64,000 nt of DNA from assembly GCA_963709205.1 (NCBI GenBank), contig CAVPVP010000001.1:100570-164569 (forward strand), written 5' to 3'. Source of the DNA: an uncultured Solirubrobacterales bacterium (GTDB lineage Bacteria > Actinomycetota > Thermoleophilia > Solirubrobacterales > Solirubrobacteraceae). This document shows, one piece after another, positions 55,290 to 64,000 of this stretch (its first letter is position 1; every line of letters starts with the position of its first letter). The notes beneath the pieces are model-generated. The model worked only from the letters and a program-made list of their open reading frames with translations. It searched no databases and had not been told where the DNA came from. The translations under genes and the position numbers were made by a program.

Positions 55290-57614
55290 TTAGAGAGCTG
55301 GGACGGCCACGCGGATCGGGCTCGCCTCGAGCAGCGTCCGGACGTGGGCTGCGGCAATATGCGCCGCGTCGGCCGGAGCCGCCTGCGCCCCATCTGCGAT
55401 GACCGCCAGGAAGGCGTCGACCACGGCGGGGTCGAACTGGCCGCCGGCGCAGTGGCGAAGCTCCTGGCAGGCGAGCTCGGGCGAGACGGCCGGGCGGTAG
55501 GTCCGGTCGGTGGTCATCGCCTCGTAGGCGTCGCAGACGCTGACGATCCTCGCGCCGAGCGGGATCTCCTCGCCGCGGAGGCGATCCGGATAGCCCGTCC
55601 CGTCCCACCGCTCGTGGCTCGCGCGAACGAGCCGCGCGATCGGCCGCAGTGCCGGCGCGCCCAGAAGAATTCGCTCTCCGAGAATCGTGTGGTTGCGGAC
55701 GAACTCCCACTCGCTGTCGGTGAGGTCGCCGTCCTTGTTGAGGATCGCGTCGGGGATGCCCACCTTGCCGATGTCGTGCAGTTGGGCCGCTCGGTAGATC
55801 TCGTCGAGCGCTTCGCCGGTGACGGCGAGCCCGCGGGCCAGCCGGGTCGCTAGCTCGGCGACGTGGCCCGCGTGCTGATCGAGCTCGGGCTGCTTGGCCC
55901 GCATCGTGCGCAACAGGACCTCACTGGCCTGGCAACCCGCGCCGGTGGAGCGACCGCGCTTGTTGGCGTACATCCGCTCGTCGGCAAGGGTCAACGCGCG
56001 CGCGGTGTCGTCCGCCTCCTGCGGCAACAGGACGACGCCGAGCGACGCGCCGATCGTGAACTCCAGCCCGGTCTCGGTCAATGCGGCAGCGGCGGTCGAA
56101 ATCAGCCGGTCCGGATCCGCGCCGGCGAGATCGAGGTGGGCGCAGAACTCGTCCCCTCCGAGCCGGTAGGCGTGACCGAACCCATCTACCGCGTGACTCA
56201 GTCTCTGTCCCAAACGCGTCAGCAGCTCGTCTCCGGCGAGGTGACCGAACGTGTCGTTGTAGGCCTTGAAGCCATCGAGGTCGAACAGCAGGAGCAGCGA
56301 CGGATCGGCGGTTCCGGCTTTCTCCTCGAACGCGGCCCGCAGATCGGAGGTGAGCCGGCGGCGGTTGCCGAGGCCGGTGAGCGCATCGGTCATGGCCTCC
56401 TCGCGGATCGCGTGGTGGGCGATGATCTCGGCCGCCGCGAGCTCCGCCTTGCTGACGAGTTCGGACATGAGGGCGATCTCGTCCTCCTCGAATGCCCGGC
56501 CGGCGCGAACCAGCCACAGCGAGCCCACGAGCTCTCCCGGCGACGCAGCGATCCGCAGCGGAACGCTCAGGCGCCACGCGCCGGCGCGCCCGATCTGCAC
56601 GGGACCGTCGGCGCTCGCACCGGGGCCTTCCGGCCTCATCGCGTCGAGCCAGCCGTCGACGCCGACCGACAGCCGGAGCGGTGAGGTCCCGCCGGCCAGC
56701 TCGAGCCGTCCGGCCGCGGCGTCGGCCGCCTCGATCGATCCGTGAAGCAGGATCTCGAGCAGGCCGCTGAGCTCGAGCTTGGCCGCAAACGCGTCGCCGA
56801 GGCGGCGCACCGCGGACTGCAGTCGTACCCGCTCCTGCTCGACGAGCTTGAGGCGCTGGTGAGCCTGGTCGATCCGCTGGGTGCGATCGCGGGCCAGCAG
56901 CCACAGGAGGAACACCAGCGGGAGGACGAGCACGATCGCGGCGGGGTGGCGGCGCGTGGAGATCGCAGCCAGGAAGCCGAGCGGCGCCAGGCAGAGGTCG
57001 ACGGCCCAGACGAGCGCGATCACGCGGATGTGCAGGTCGAGCTCGGGCACCACGCCCGCGAGCCGCATCCGCGCGAGCGAGCACGTGAGATCTAGTAGGC
57101 AGCCGGCGGCGATCGCCACCGCCAGCAGCGGCAGCTGTTCGAAGCCGATCAACGGCGACCCGGCCAGCAGCAGAACCGCCGCCGGGCCGACGGCGTGCCA
57201 GGCGTCGGGCACCGCCGACAGGACTCGGCGCGGGGGCACTCGGCCGAAAGCCCAGTCGACGGTGTTCCCGAGCACCATCCCGGCGCCGACCGCGAGGGGC
57301 ACCGCGGCGGGCGGGAGGACCAGCAGCATCGGAACGAGGATGAGCTGGGTGGGGACGACATAGCCGGCACCGACGGGAAACTCGATACGCCCGACGAGCG
57401 CGTAGACCGCGATCAGCAGGACGGCCGTGGCGGTGAACGGTCCGACCTCGCCGGCGTGCGGATGGGTGACGCCGGCGGTGAGCAGGAGCGCACCGGCCAC
57501 CGCCACGAACAACGCCGCGGCGACCGCGTCGACGAGCAGCTCGCGCTGTGACGCACGTCGCTCACGGCGCTCCCAACTGCGCTCGAGCAGTTGCTCGGTG
57601 GCCGACTCGGTCAC
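55290..57614 (-). CDS. Membrane GAF-GGDEF-HD-GYP diguanylate cyclase/phosphodiesterase
   Basis: TM region; DALTGLGNRR, NDTFGH, RLGGDEF; LHDIGK, HERWDGTGYP. Confidence 0.92.
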   Translation of the reverse strand: MTESATEQLLERSWERRERRASQRELLVDAVAAALFVAVAGALLLTAGVTHPHAGEVGPFTATAVLLIAVYALVGRIEFPVGAGYVVPTQLILVPMLLVLPPAAVPLAVGAGMVLGNTVDWAFGRVPPRRVLSAVPDAWHAVGPAAVLLLAGSPLIGFEQLPLLAVAIAAGCLLDLTCSLARMRLAGVVPELDLHIRVIALVWAVDLCLAPLGFLAAISTRRHPAAIVLVLPLVFLLWLLARDRTQRIDQAHQRLKLVEQERVRLQSAVRRLGDAFAAKLELSGLLEILLHGSIEAADAAAGRLELAGGTSPLRLSVGVDGWLDAMRPEGPGASADGPVQIGRAGAWRLSVPLRIAASPGELVGSLWLVRAGRAFEEDEIALMSELVSKAELAAAEIIAHHAIREEAMTDALTGLGNRRRLTSDLRAAFEEKAGTADPSLLLLFDLDGFKAYNDTFGHLAGDELLTRLGQRLSHAVDGFGHAYRLGGDEFCAHLDLAGADPDRLISTAAAALTETGLEFTIGASLGVVLLPQEADDTARALTLADERMYANKRGRSTGAGCQASEVLLRTMRAKQPELDQHAGHVAELATRLARGLAVTGEALDEIYRAAQLHDIGKVGIPDAILNKDGDLTDSEWEFVRNHTILGERILLGAPALRPIARLVRASHERWDGTGYPDRLRGEEIPLGARIVSVCDAYEAMTTDRTYRPAVSPELACQELRHCAGGQFDPAVVDAFLAVIADGAQAAPADAAHIAAAHVRTLLEASPIRVAVPAL

Positions 57615-57618
57615 GACC

Positions 57619-58263
57619 TCAGCCCGACCGGTAGGGATCGACGTAGACGTCGTCGATCTGCCAGCTCGCCGCCCAGGAGCGCACCGAGAACTGGAGCGCG
57701 ACCGACAGCGTCTGATCGTCCGACAGACCGGAGGTGTCGCCGGTGATGGGGGCGGTCGGCGCCCAGGTGGACATCGAGCCGTCGAGGAGATGGGCGATCG
57801 GTACCGTCGTCACGGTGCCGTCGGAGTTCTGCACGAGCGCCTGGACCCGGAGGCCACCTCCGGAGCTGGCCTGCTGAGCGAAGAAGCGCAGCGACCCCAT
57901 CGTGTTGTCGACACAGAAGAACGGCGAGGTCGCGCTGCCTCCGCCCGAGATCGTCAACGACTGGCTGTCGCCGCTGTCGTTGACATAGAACGGCTCGTTC
58001 CCCTGCGTCAGGTTCGCGTTCGACAGCGTCCAGCCGACCTGATCGGCCGTTCCCTCGAACGAGCCTCCCGGGATGAGGAAGTAGCTGTTGCCGTCACCCC
58101 ACTGCGAGAACGGGGTGCTGACCGGCTGAGCCGGGCATGACGCAAGCGCGATGCCGGGCGCGGCGAATACGCCGAGAAACGCGAGGGCCGTAACACGGCG
58201 AATGACGCGCACGCGTGAGCGGACGAGAGAAAACAAGGCTGAACCTCCATGCAGGGTCGCCAT
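57619..58263 (-). CDS. Secreted beta-rich hypothetical protein
   Basis: Signal ending ALA-SC; PFSQWGD..SY, GGSFE, C-terminal WQIDDVYVDPY; start uncertain. Confidence 0.7.
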   Translation of the reverse strand: MATLHGGSALFSLVRSRVRVIRRVTALAFLGVFAAPGIALASCPAQPVSTPFSQWGDGNSYFLIPGGSFEGTADQVGWTLSNANLTQGNEPFYVNDSGDSQSLTISGGGSATSPFFCVDNTMGSLRFFAQQASSGGGLRVQALVQNSDGTVTTVPIAHLLDGSMSTWAPTAPITGDTSGLSDDQTLSVALQFSVRSWAASWQIDDVYVDPYRSG

Positions 58264-58283
58264 TCCATGACGCACGATCTCCT

Positions 58284-58368
58284 GAACATCGGCAGCTGGG
58301 CCATCTCGAACCCGAGATCCCTGGCTTTGCGCCCCCGCCTCACGACGAGTTAGCCTTTCTCGACACCC
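58284..58368 (-). promoter_or_regulatory. c-di-GMP-I (GEMM) riboswitch
   Basis: Minus strand GGCTAA-CTCGTC-GTGA-GGCGGG-GGCGCAAAGCCAGGG-ATCTC...GATGGCCCAGCTGCCGATG; GNRA-capped P2; P1 GGGTGTCG/CGATGTTC. Confidence 0.8.
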
Positions 58369-58492
58369 TCGGAATCGGCACGCAGGTCCCGGGCCTTGAG
58401 GGGCGAGGAGGGGACTGGAGATTTCGCACAGGTTCCGAGCCACAGGCGATGCCGGTGTTGGCGTTCGGGGTACGGCCGCCGTACTTCGAAGG

Positions 58493-61375
58493 TCACTCGC
58501 CGACGAACGTGAGCTGGCCAACCGGGTCGCGGGACGCGTGCTCCGAGGGATCTCGGGTGGCGAGCCAAGCGGCGGCCTCGGCGAGCGCTGCGGCGTGATC
58601 GAGGGCGGCGACGCCTTCCAACAGCGCTCCCCGCTCCGCGATGCTCAGGACCGCGAGGCACTCGTCGCGCAGGATGCTCTCCGGCCACAGCTCGGAGTCG
58701 ATCGACACCATGATCCGCTCGGCGTGGGCGAGCCACTGCGCGGCACCGTCGGGGGCCACCGCCGCGGCGTAGCGTGCGACGAACCACAGGGCAAACGCAG
58801 CGAGCGGCTGCACGCTGACGTGGCGAACGAGCTCGATCACCTCGGCCAGAGCGGGCTGGGGGATCGCCCCGTCGCGCGCGGACTCAGCCAACAGCCGGGT
58901 GGCGGTGGCGGTGGCGAACATGTACGCGTGTCCGAGCTCGGTGGCGCTCGCGGCGCTTAATGTCGCGTGCTCGTGGGCCTCCTCGAAGCGCCCATCGACG
59001 TACGCGTCCAGCGCGAGGAAGTAATGCGTCCATCCCAACGACTTCGCGCTGGCCTCGGGCGCAAGCACCGCCTGCAGCATGGGTCGGAGCCGGCGCATCT
59101 CGTCCCGATCGCGTGCATTGATCGCGCGACCGAACAGGTTGCCGGTCGCGGTGGCGAGGGCCTCGGTGTCGCCGAGCTCGGCGGCCCGAGCCGCCATTCG
59201 CCGTGTCCACTCGGATACGACCGGACTGAACCCTTCGACGAACGACACCGCTCGCAGCAGCGCCATCTCCTGCTCGGCGGCGATCGGGAACCGCTCGAGC
59301 AGGCGGCCGACGAGCTCCTGGCTCTCCTGCCTGAGCATGCCCGCGAACCACACCGCGCGCAACCCGAGCGCGAGCGCAGTCGCCGACTCTTCATCACCGG
59401 CGTCGATTGCGTTCTCGAGCGCGGCGCGCACGTTCGCGTGATCGGCGAGCAACGGCGCCGCTGCCTCTCCGGGTGAGGTGCCGGCGTCGAGCGCCTCGCT
59501 CGCGGTCCTGACCTGCGCGGCGAAGTACGCGCGATGGCGGGCTCTGGCCGGTTCCAGCTCGCCGGCGCGCGCCAGCTCTTCCACCGCGAACGCCCGGACC
59601 AGCTCGAGCTGCTCGAATCGGCGGCGATCGGCGCGCCGGCGGAACAGGCTCGTCTCGAACAGCTCGTCCAGCTCGGGACCCGGAGACCGGCCGACGGTCG
59701 CCGCGAGCGCGGCGGCATCGAAGCCGCCAAGGAACACGCCGGCGCTCAGGAACAATTCGCGCGCCACGGGCGTGAGCAGGTCATAGCTCCATCTGATCGT
59801 CGTTCCGAGTGATTGCTGACGGTCCGGGAGATCTCGGAGCGCGCGGCGGCCGATCAACAGCGGTTGCGCCAGCTGCTCGGCGATCTGAGCGGGCGCCAGG
59901 ACCGAAGCTCGCGATGCCGCCAGTTCGATCGCGAGCGGAAGGCCGTCGAGCGCGCGGCAGATACCCGCCACCGTACGTGTGAACGCCGCGTCGACCTCGA
60001 GGCTCCGGTTCGATGCGAGCGCGCACTGGAGGAACATCTGCACGGCTGGGCTCCCCAGGGCCTCCTGCTCGGTTTCGTCTGCCGGCAGCCCGAGCGGATC
60101 CACCTCAAACACCTGCTCGCCGCGGATCCGCAGCGGCGTGCGGCTCGAAACGAGCACCCTGAGCCGAGGCGCGATCCCGAGTAGCTCCGCGGGCAGGATC
60201 GCCGACGCCATGAGGTGCTCGAAGTTGTCGATCGCCATTAGCAGCTCACGGTCGCGGAGGTAATTCGGGAGGGCGTCCGCGCCCGGTCCCTCGGTCCCGT
60301 CGCGCCGGGCGATGGCGCTCGCGACCTCAGCCGCCACCAACGCCGGATCGGTGACCTGCTCCAAGCGGACGAACACGGCGCCGTCGGCATATTCGTGCTC
60401 GTGGCGGCTCGCCAGCTCGAGCAGCAGGCGCGTCTTCCCGACCCCGCCCGGGCCGGTCACCGTAACGAGGCGCACGTCCGAGTCGGCCATCAGGCCGCTG
60501 AGCGCGCGTAGCTCTTCATCGCGGCCAACCAGCCGCGTCACGGGGCGGGGTAGGCTGGAGGACGCGGCCGCCGGTTCTGTTGTCCGATGCGATGCGCCCG
60601 CCGGCTCCGCCGCCGCCGCCGTCGCCGTCGCCGTCGTCGCGAGAAGGGTCGGGTCGCGCTCGAGGATTCTCTGCTGGAGTTGCACCAGCCGCTCGCCCGG
60701 ATCCAGCCCGAGCTCTTCGGCGAGCCGCCTGCGCGTGCGCTGGTAGGCGTCGAGCGCATCGGCCTGGCGGCCGGCTCGATGCAACGCGAGCATCAGCTGG
60801 ATGCAAACCCGCTCCTCGAACGGATGGTCGGCGGCGAGACGCTCGAGCTCCGGCACGAGGTCCGCTGAGGAGCCCCGCTCGAGGTCGGCGTCGATCCGCA
60901 TCAGGATCGCCTGGAGACGCTTCTCCTCGAGCGCGCGCCGCCAATGCCCGACGCTGCCCTCGGCTGCGACATCGGACAACGGCTCGCCGCGGAACAACGC
61001 CAGCGCGTCGCGCAGCAGCGTGTGCGCGCGGTCGGGATCGCCTCGGGCCCGCTCGACCAATTCGTCGAAGCGCCAGGCGTCGAGGTCGAACTCGCCCGAC
61101 GTCAAGGCGTAGCCGGCCGTGTCGAGGACGAGCAGGCCGCCGAGCAGGGCGCGCAGCTTCGAGAGATGCACATGGAGTGCCGACACCGCGCTCGGCGGAG
61201 GACGATCGCCCCACAGCTCGTCGATCAGCCGATCTCGCGAGAGGGGCACGCCCCCGGCCAGCAGCATCAGCGCGAGCAACGACCGCTGGCGGCCGCTCGG
61301 GACGGCCACGGCGAGTCCATCGCGCTCGAACGTGAGCGGACCAAGCACCCCGAAACGAGCAACGCCACCGGCCAA
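58493..61375 (-). CDS. AfsR/SARP-type regulator: wHTH-BTAD + NB-ARC-like ATPase + helical repeats
   Basis: FGVLGPL, DRLIDELWG, HPFEER, GPGGVGKTRL, DNFEHL, LDGLPLAIELAA, TIRWSYDLL. Confidence 0.92.
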   Translation of the reverse strand: MAGGVARFGVLGPLTFERDGLAVAVPSGRQRSLLALMLLAGGVPLSRDRLIDELWGDRPPPSAVSALHVHLSKLRALLGGLLVLDTAGYALTSGEFDLDAWRFDELVERARGDPDRAHTLLRDALALFRGEPLSDVAAEGSVGHWRRALEEKRLQAILMRIDADLERGSSADLVPELERLAADHPFEERVCIQLMLALHRAGRQADALDAYQRTRRRLAEELGLDPGERLVQLQQRILERDPTLLATTATATAAAAEPAGASHRTTEPAAASSSLPRPVTRLVGRDEELRALSGLMADSDVRLVTVTGPGGVGKTRLLLELASRHEHEYADGAVFVRLEQVTDPALVAAEVASAIARRDGTEGPGADALPNYLRDRELLMAIDNFEHLMASAILPAELLGIAPRLRVLVSSRTPLRIRGEQVFEVDPLGLPADETEQEALGSPAVQMFLQCALASNRSLEVDAAFTRTVAGICRALDGLPLAIELAASRASVLAPAQIAEQLAQPLLIGRRALRDLPDRQQSLGTTIRWSYDLLTPVARELFLSAGVFLGGFDAAALAATVGRSPGPELDELFETSLFRRRADRRRFEQLELVRAFAVEELARAGELEPARARHRAYFAAQVRTASEALDAGTSPGEAAAPLLADHANVRAALENAIDAGDEESATALALGLRAVWFAGMLRQESQELVGRLLERFPIAAEQEMALLRAVSFVEGFSPVVSEWTRRMAARAAELGDTEALATATGNLFGRAINARDRDEMRRLRPMLQAVLAPEASAKSLGWTHYFLALDAYVDGRFEEAHEHATLSAASATELGHAYMFATATATRLLAESARDGAIPQPALAEVIELVRHVSVQPLAAFALWFVARYAAAVAPDGAAQWLAHAERIMVSIDSELWPESILRDECLAVLSIAERGALLEGVAALDHAAALAEAAAWLATRDPSEHASRDPVGQLTFVGE

Positions 61376-61504
61376 CTCGCCACAGGGTAAGCCCAGGCGA
61401 ATCTGGGGACAAGCGCCGCTTTGGCGGTCCTTTGGTGCGCCTTAGGCCCGACCGCTCAATCTGACTCTCGTCAACGCAAGGTTCTTACGAGGAAGGACAA
61501 GCAG

Positions 61505-62158
61505 ATGGGGCTTTTCAACAAGATGCGAAATCTGGCGGGAGCGGTTCCGAAGGAGCTGCTCCAGAACGGTCTGCTCGGTCGCGGGATCATCGTGAGCATC
61601 CAGCAGACGTCCGTCAGCACCGGCGCCGACTTCGATCCCTCGCACGTTTGCGTTTTCACCGTTGAGGTCGCGCTCGATAACGAGCCGCGCTACACCGCGA
61701 CGTGCCGCCAAGCGGTGAGGGCGACCGTTCTGCCGCAATTGATGCTGCCGAGCGCGACGGTCGCGGTCCGAGTCGACCCGAACGATCGAACCCGGATCGC
61801 GCTGTCGCTCGGCGAGGCGCCGCCAACCGTGACGATGACGAGCTCCGACCCGAACACGGGATCGGCGGCGCAGATTCTCGAGTACGGCGTCCCGTGCAAG
61901 GCGGTGATCGTTCAGTCGCAGCCGATGGGGATGCGCAGCTCGAGCGGGAAGGACATGTTCGCCTTCGTGCTGACCGTGCTGGCCGACGGACGGCCGCCTT
62001 ATCAGACCCAGGTCGGGAACCCGGTGCCGGCAGATGCGGTGCCGCTCCTGTACCCGGGCAACACCGTCCCGGCGAAACGCATGGCCGACGGCGCCGATCA
62101 CGAGATCGTGATCGATTGGGACACCGCGCTCGCGTGGGCCGCGGCCGCGACCGCCTGA
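61505..62158 (+). CDS. Hypothetical protein with two similar OB-like (DUF3592-like) halves
   Basis: Internal duplication: ELLQNGLLGRGIIV...FTVEVALDNEPRY and QILEYGVPCKAVIV...FVLTVLADGRPPY; RBS AAGGA. Confidence 0.65.
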   Translation: MGLFNKMRNLAGAVPKELLQNGLLGRGIIVSIQQTSVSTGADFDPSHVCVFTVEVALDNEPRYTATCRQAVRATVLPQLMLPSATVAVRVDPNDRTRIALSLGEAPPTVTMTSSDPNTGSAAQILEYGVPCKAVIVQSQPMGMRSSSGKDMFAFVLTVLADGRPPYQTQVGNPVPADAVPLLYPGNTVPAKRMADGADHEIVIDWDTALAWAAAATA

Positions 62159-62236
62159 GAGGGCGACACGCAACTTCACTCGGCGGCCCGGGCGGCCGCC
62201 AAACAAAAGACACCACACGACAAGGGGGTAGTAACA

Positions 62237-62626
62237 ATGGTTGTAGTCACAGGAAATTGGCGGATCGCGCTCGCCGGCTTGGCGGCCTCGCTTCTGATCT
62301 TCGGGGTGCTGTTCTTCGCCGTGATCCAGCCGAGTCAGAACACGGCGAATCAGGCGGTCAAGGCTGGCCTGCAGCAAACCCAGAACGCGCTCAGCCAGGC
62401 ACAGAAGCAGCTGAGCACGGCGACCGTGCCGGCGAGTCCGGCGACGCCGGCGAGTCCGGCGACGCCGTCGAGCCCGGCCGCGCCGCAGACCCAGCAGCAG
62501 GTCGCCGGCGCGAGCAGCAAGGCCCAGCAGACGCTCAACAAGGCGGCGAAGCTGGCGAACTGCCTATCGCAGGCCGGCATCGACACGTCGAAGGTCGCGG
62601 CCTGCCAGGCGAACTTCGGGCACTGA
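62237..62626 (+). CDS. Membrane-anchored Q/A-rich helical protein with C-terminal Cys pair
   Basis: N-terminal TM helix, (PASPAT)n linker, CLSQAG...ACQ. Confidence 0.65.
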   Translation: MVVVTGNWRIALAGLAASLLIFGVLFFAVIQPSQNTANQAVKAGLQQTQNALSQAQKQLSTATVPASPATPASPATPSSPAAPQTQQQVAGASSKAQQTLNKAAKLANCLSQAGIDTSKVAACQANFGH

Positions 62627-62684
62627 CGCCAGAGGGGGCGAGTGCCGCCGGGGGCGCGGCGGCAGACTACGGGGGCAGGCACCG

Positions 62685-62720
62685 GCGGCCCGTCAGGCGA
62701 TGAAGCGCCTGGCGGGCCGC
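62685..62720 (+). terminator. GC-rich hairpin, possible terminator
   Basis: GCGGCCCGTCAGGCG-ATGAAG-CGCCTGGCGGGCCGC; no U-tract. Confidence 0.45.
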
Positions 62721-62746
62721 TGGCCGTCGATCCACTGACGGCAACC

Positions 62747-62783
62747 GTGGTCGATTTGCCCTCATAGTGAAGAAATCGACCAC
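62747..62783. repeat. REP-like inverted repeat
   Basis: GTGGTCGATTT-N15-AAATCGACCAC, perfect 11-bp arms. Confidence 0.6.
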
Positions 62784-62809
62784 TCCCCGCCTCGACTATC
62801 CTTGAGGCA

Positions 62810-62859
62810 GGCGATGAAGCTCGCCTTGGACCGCGCCTCGTGGCGCTGATGGCTTCTAC
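62810..62859 (+). promoter_or_regulatory. Fluoride (crcB) riboswitch
   Basis: GGCGATGAAGCTCGCC...GCGCC-TCGT-GGCGCTGATGGCTTCTAC fits the GGCGAUG..UCGCC..CUGAUG..CUAC pattern; directly upstream of crcB. Confidence 0.9.
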
Positions 62860-62936
62860 GGCTAGCCAGACCGGCTAATCAGCGTCAGCGACCGGAGGAG
62901 GCGATCACGATCCAGAACAGGGCAGCAGTCCAGGCC

Positions 62937-63356
62937 GTGGCAATAGCATCGCCACCCGTGCCGGGCCGGGACAGACGCGAGCTGGGAGCGATCTTCGCCG
63001 GCGGAGTGGTCGGCGCGCTCCTGCGCGTCGCGCTCCTTCAAGCGCACGCCGGGGCGGCGCCCGGATGGCCCTGGGTCACGTTTGCGGAGAACATCCTGGG
63101 CACGTTCCTCCTCGGTTACTTCGCAACGCGACTGCAGGAGCGCCTGCCGCTGTCGGCGTATCGGCGGCCGTTGCTCGGCACCGGGTTCTGCGGTGCGTTC
63201 ACGACCTTCTCGACGATGCAGCTCGAGCTGTTGACGATGCTCGACGCGCACCGCTACGGACTCGCGCTGGCCTATGCGGCCTCGAGCGTCGTGCTCGGCT
63301 ACGGCAGTGTTCACCTCGCGACGCTGTACGTGAGGCGAGTAAGGACAGTGGTGTGA
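62937..63356 (+). CDS. crcB: Fluoride channel Fluc
   Basis: GGVVGALLR, PWVTFAEN..G, GFCGAFTTFST. Confidence 0.92.
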   Translation: MAIASPPVPGRDRRELGAIFAGGVVGALLRVALLQAHAGAAPGWPWVTFAENILGTFLLGYFATRLQERLPLSAYRRPLLGTGFCGAFTTFSTMQLELLTMLDAHRYGLALAYAASSVVLGYGSVHLATLYVRRVRTVV

Positions 63357-63718
63357 GCGTCGGCGTTTGGATCGGCGTCGGCCTGCTCGGCGGCGTGGGC
63401 GCGCTGATGCGGTTCTTCGTCGACGGCCTCGTTGCTGCTCGCTTCGGAGGTGACTTTCCGTTGGGCACATTCGTGGTCAACATGAGCGGGGCAGCGATTC
63501 TCGGCTTGCTGGTTGGCCTTGGGCTGACCGGCGACGGGCTGCTGCTGGCCGGCACGGCCACGCTCGGCTCCTACACGACGTTTTCGACTTGGATGCTCGA
63601 GAGCCAGCGTCTGGTCGAGGACGGCGAGCTGGCGACCGCGGCCGGCAACCTCCTGCTCAGCCTCCTCGTGGGGCTCGGCGCGGTCGCGCTCGGTCGCTTC
63701 ATCGGAGGCCATCTTTGA
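63353..63718 (+). CDS. crcB: Fluoride channel Fluc (second subunit)
   Basis: GGVGALMR, FPLGTFVVN, GSYTTFST; GTGA overlap with the first crcB. Confidence 0.92.
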   Translation: MSVGVWIGVGLLGGVGALMRFFVDGLVAARFGGDFPLGTFVVNMSGAAILGLLVGLGLTGDGLLLAGTATLGSYTTFSTWMLESQRLVEDGELATAAGNLLLSLLVGLGAVALGRFIGGHL

Positions 63719-64000
63719 ACGACGACTGCCTCAAGCTCACCACCTACTTCGGCGAGCGCCACCGGACCGACGACCGGTTCGTCGCCGACGCGCTCCTCGA
63801 CCTCTACGGGCGCCGGGAGGTCGAGGTCAGCGTGATGCTCCGCGGCGCGGAGGGGTTTGGCCTCAAGCACCATCTCCGCACCGACCGCCTGCTCACCCTC
63901 TCCGAGGACCTTCCTCTGGTCACGGTCGCGGTCGATACACGAGCGCGGATCGAGAATTTGCTAGAGGAGGTCACTCAGATCAAGCGTCACGGCCTGATCA
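63715..64000 (+). CDS. DUF190 (PII-like) protein, 3'-partial
   Basis: LKLTTYFGER...MLRGAEGFG...LLTLSEDLPLV. Confidence 0.88.
   Translation, partial: MNDDCLKLTTYFGERHRTDDRFVADALLDLYGRREVEVSVMLRGAEGFGLKHHLRTDRLLTLSEDLPLVTVAVDTRARIENLLEEVTQIKRHGLI

Overview
GC-rich actinobacterial chromosome segment. Gene content (MpsC/DUF2294, DUF6351, HD-GYP proteins, Cys-bounded secreted proteins) suggests Thermoleophilia/Solirubrobacterales; this is an inference. Most of the window is accessory metabolism, transport and regulation (ABC/MFS transporters, SDR/AKR/LLM oxidoreductases, a two-component system, TetR/LysR/Crp/AfsR regulators, cfa, ligA, a fluoride riboswitch with a crcB pair). Highlights: (1) a MerB-like organometallic lyase whose second catalytic Cys codon is an in-frame UGA followed by an fdhF-like SECIS hairpin (candidate selenoprotein), next to a Cys-rich copper-storage protein; (2) a co-oriented defence cluster 3' of tRNA-Val(TAC): decayed PD-(D/E)XK nuclease, divergent AbiEi/AbiEii pair with operator, HNH protein, and a truncated DUF4365(DREN)-APAZ effector with no short Argonaute; (3) a c-di-GMP-I riboswitch upstream of a secreted protein and a GGDEF/HD-GYP enzyme; (4) a DyP peroxidase with an encapsulin cargo peptide but no adjacent encapsulin; (5) many frameshifts and internal-deletion scars, which may be real decay or long-read assembly error. 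All family calls come from motif recognition by eye, not database searches.
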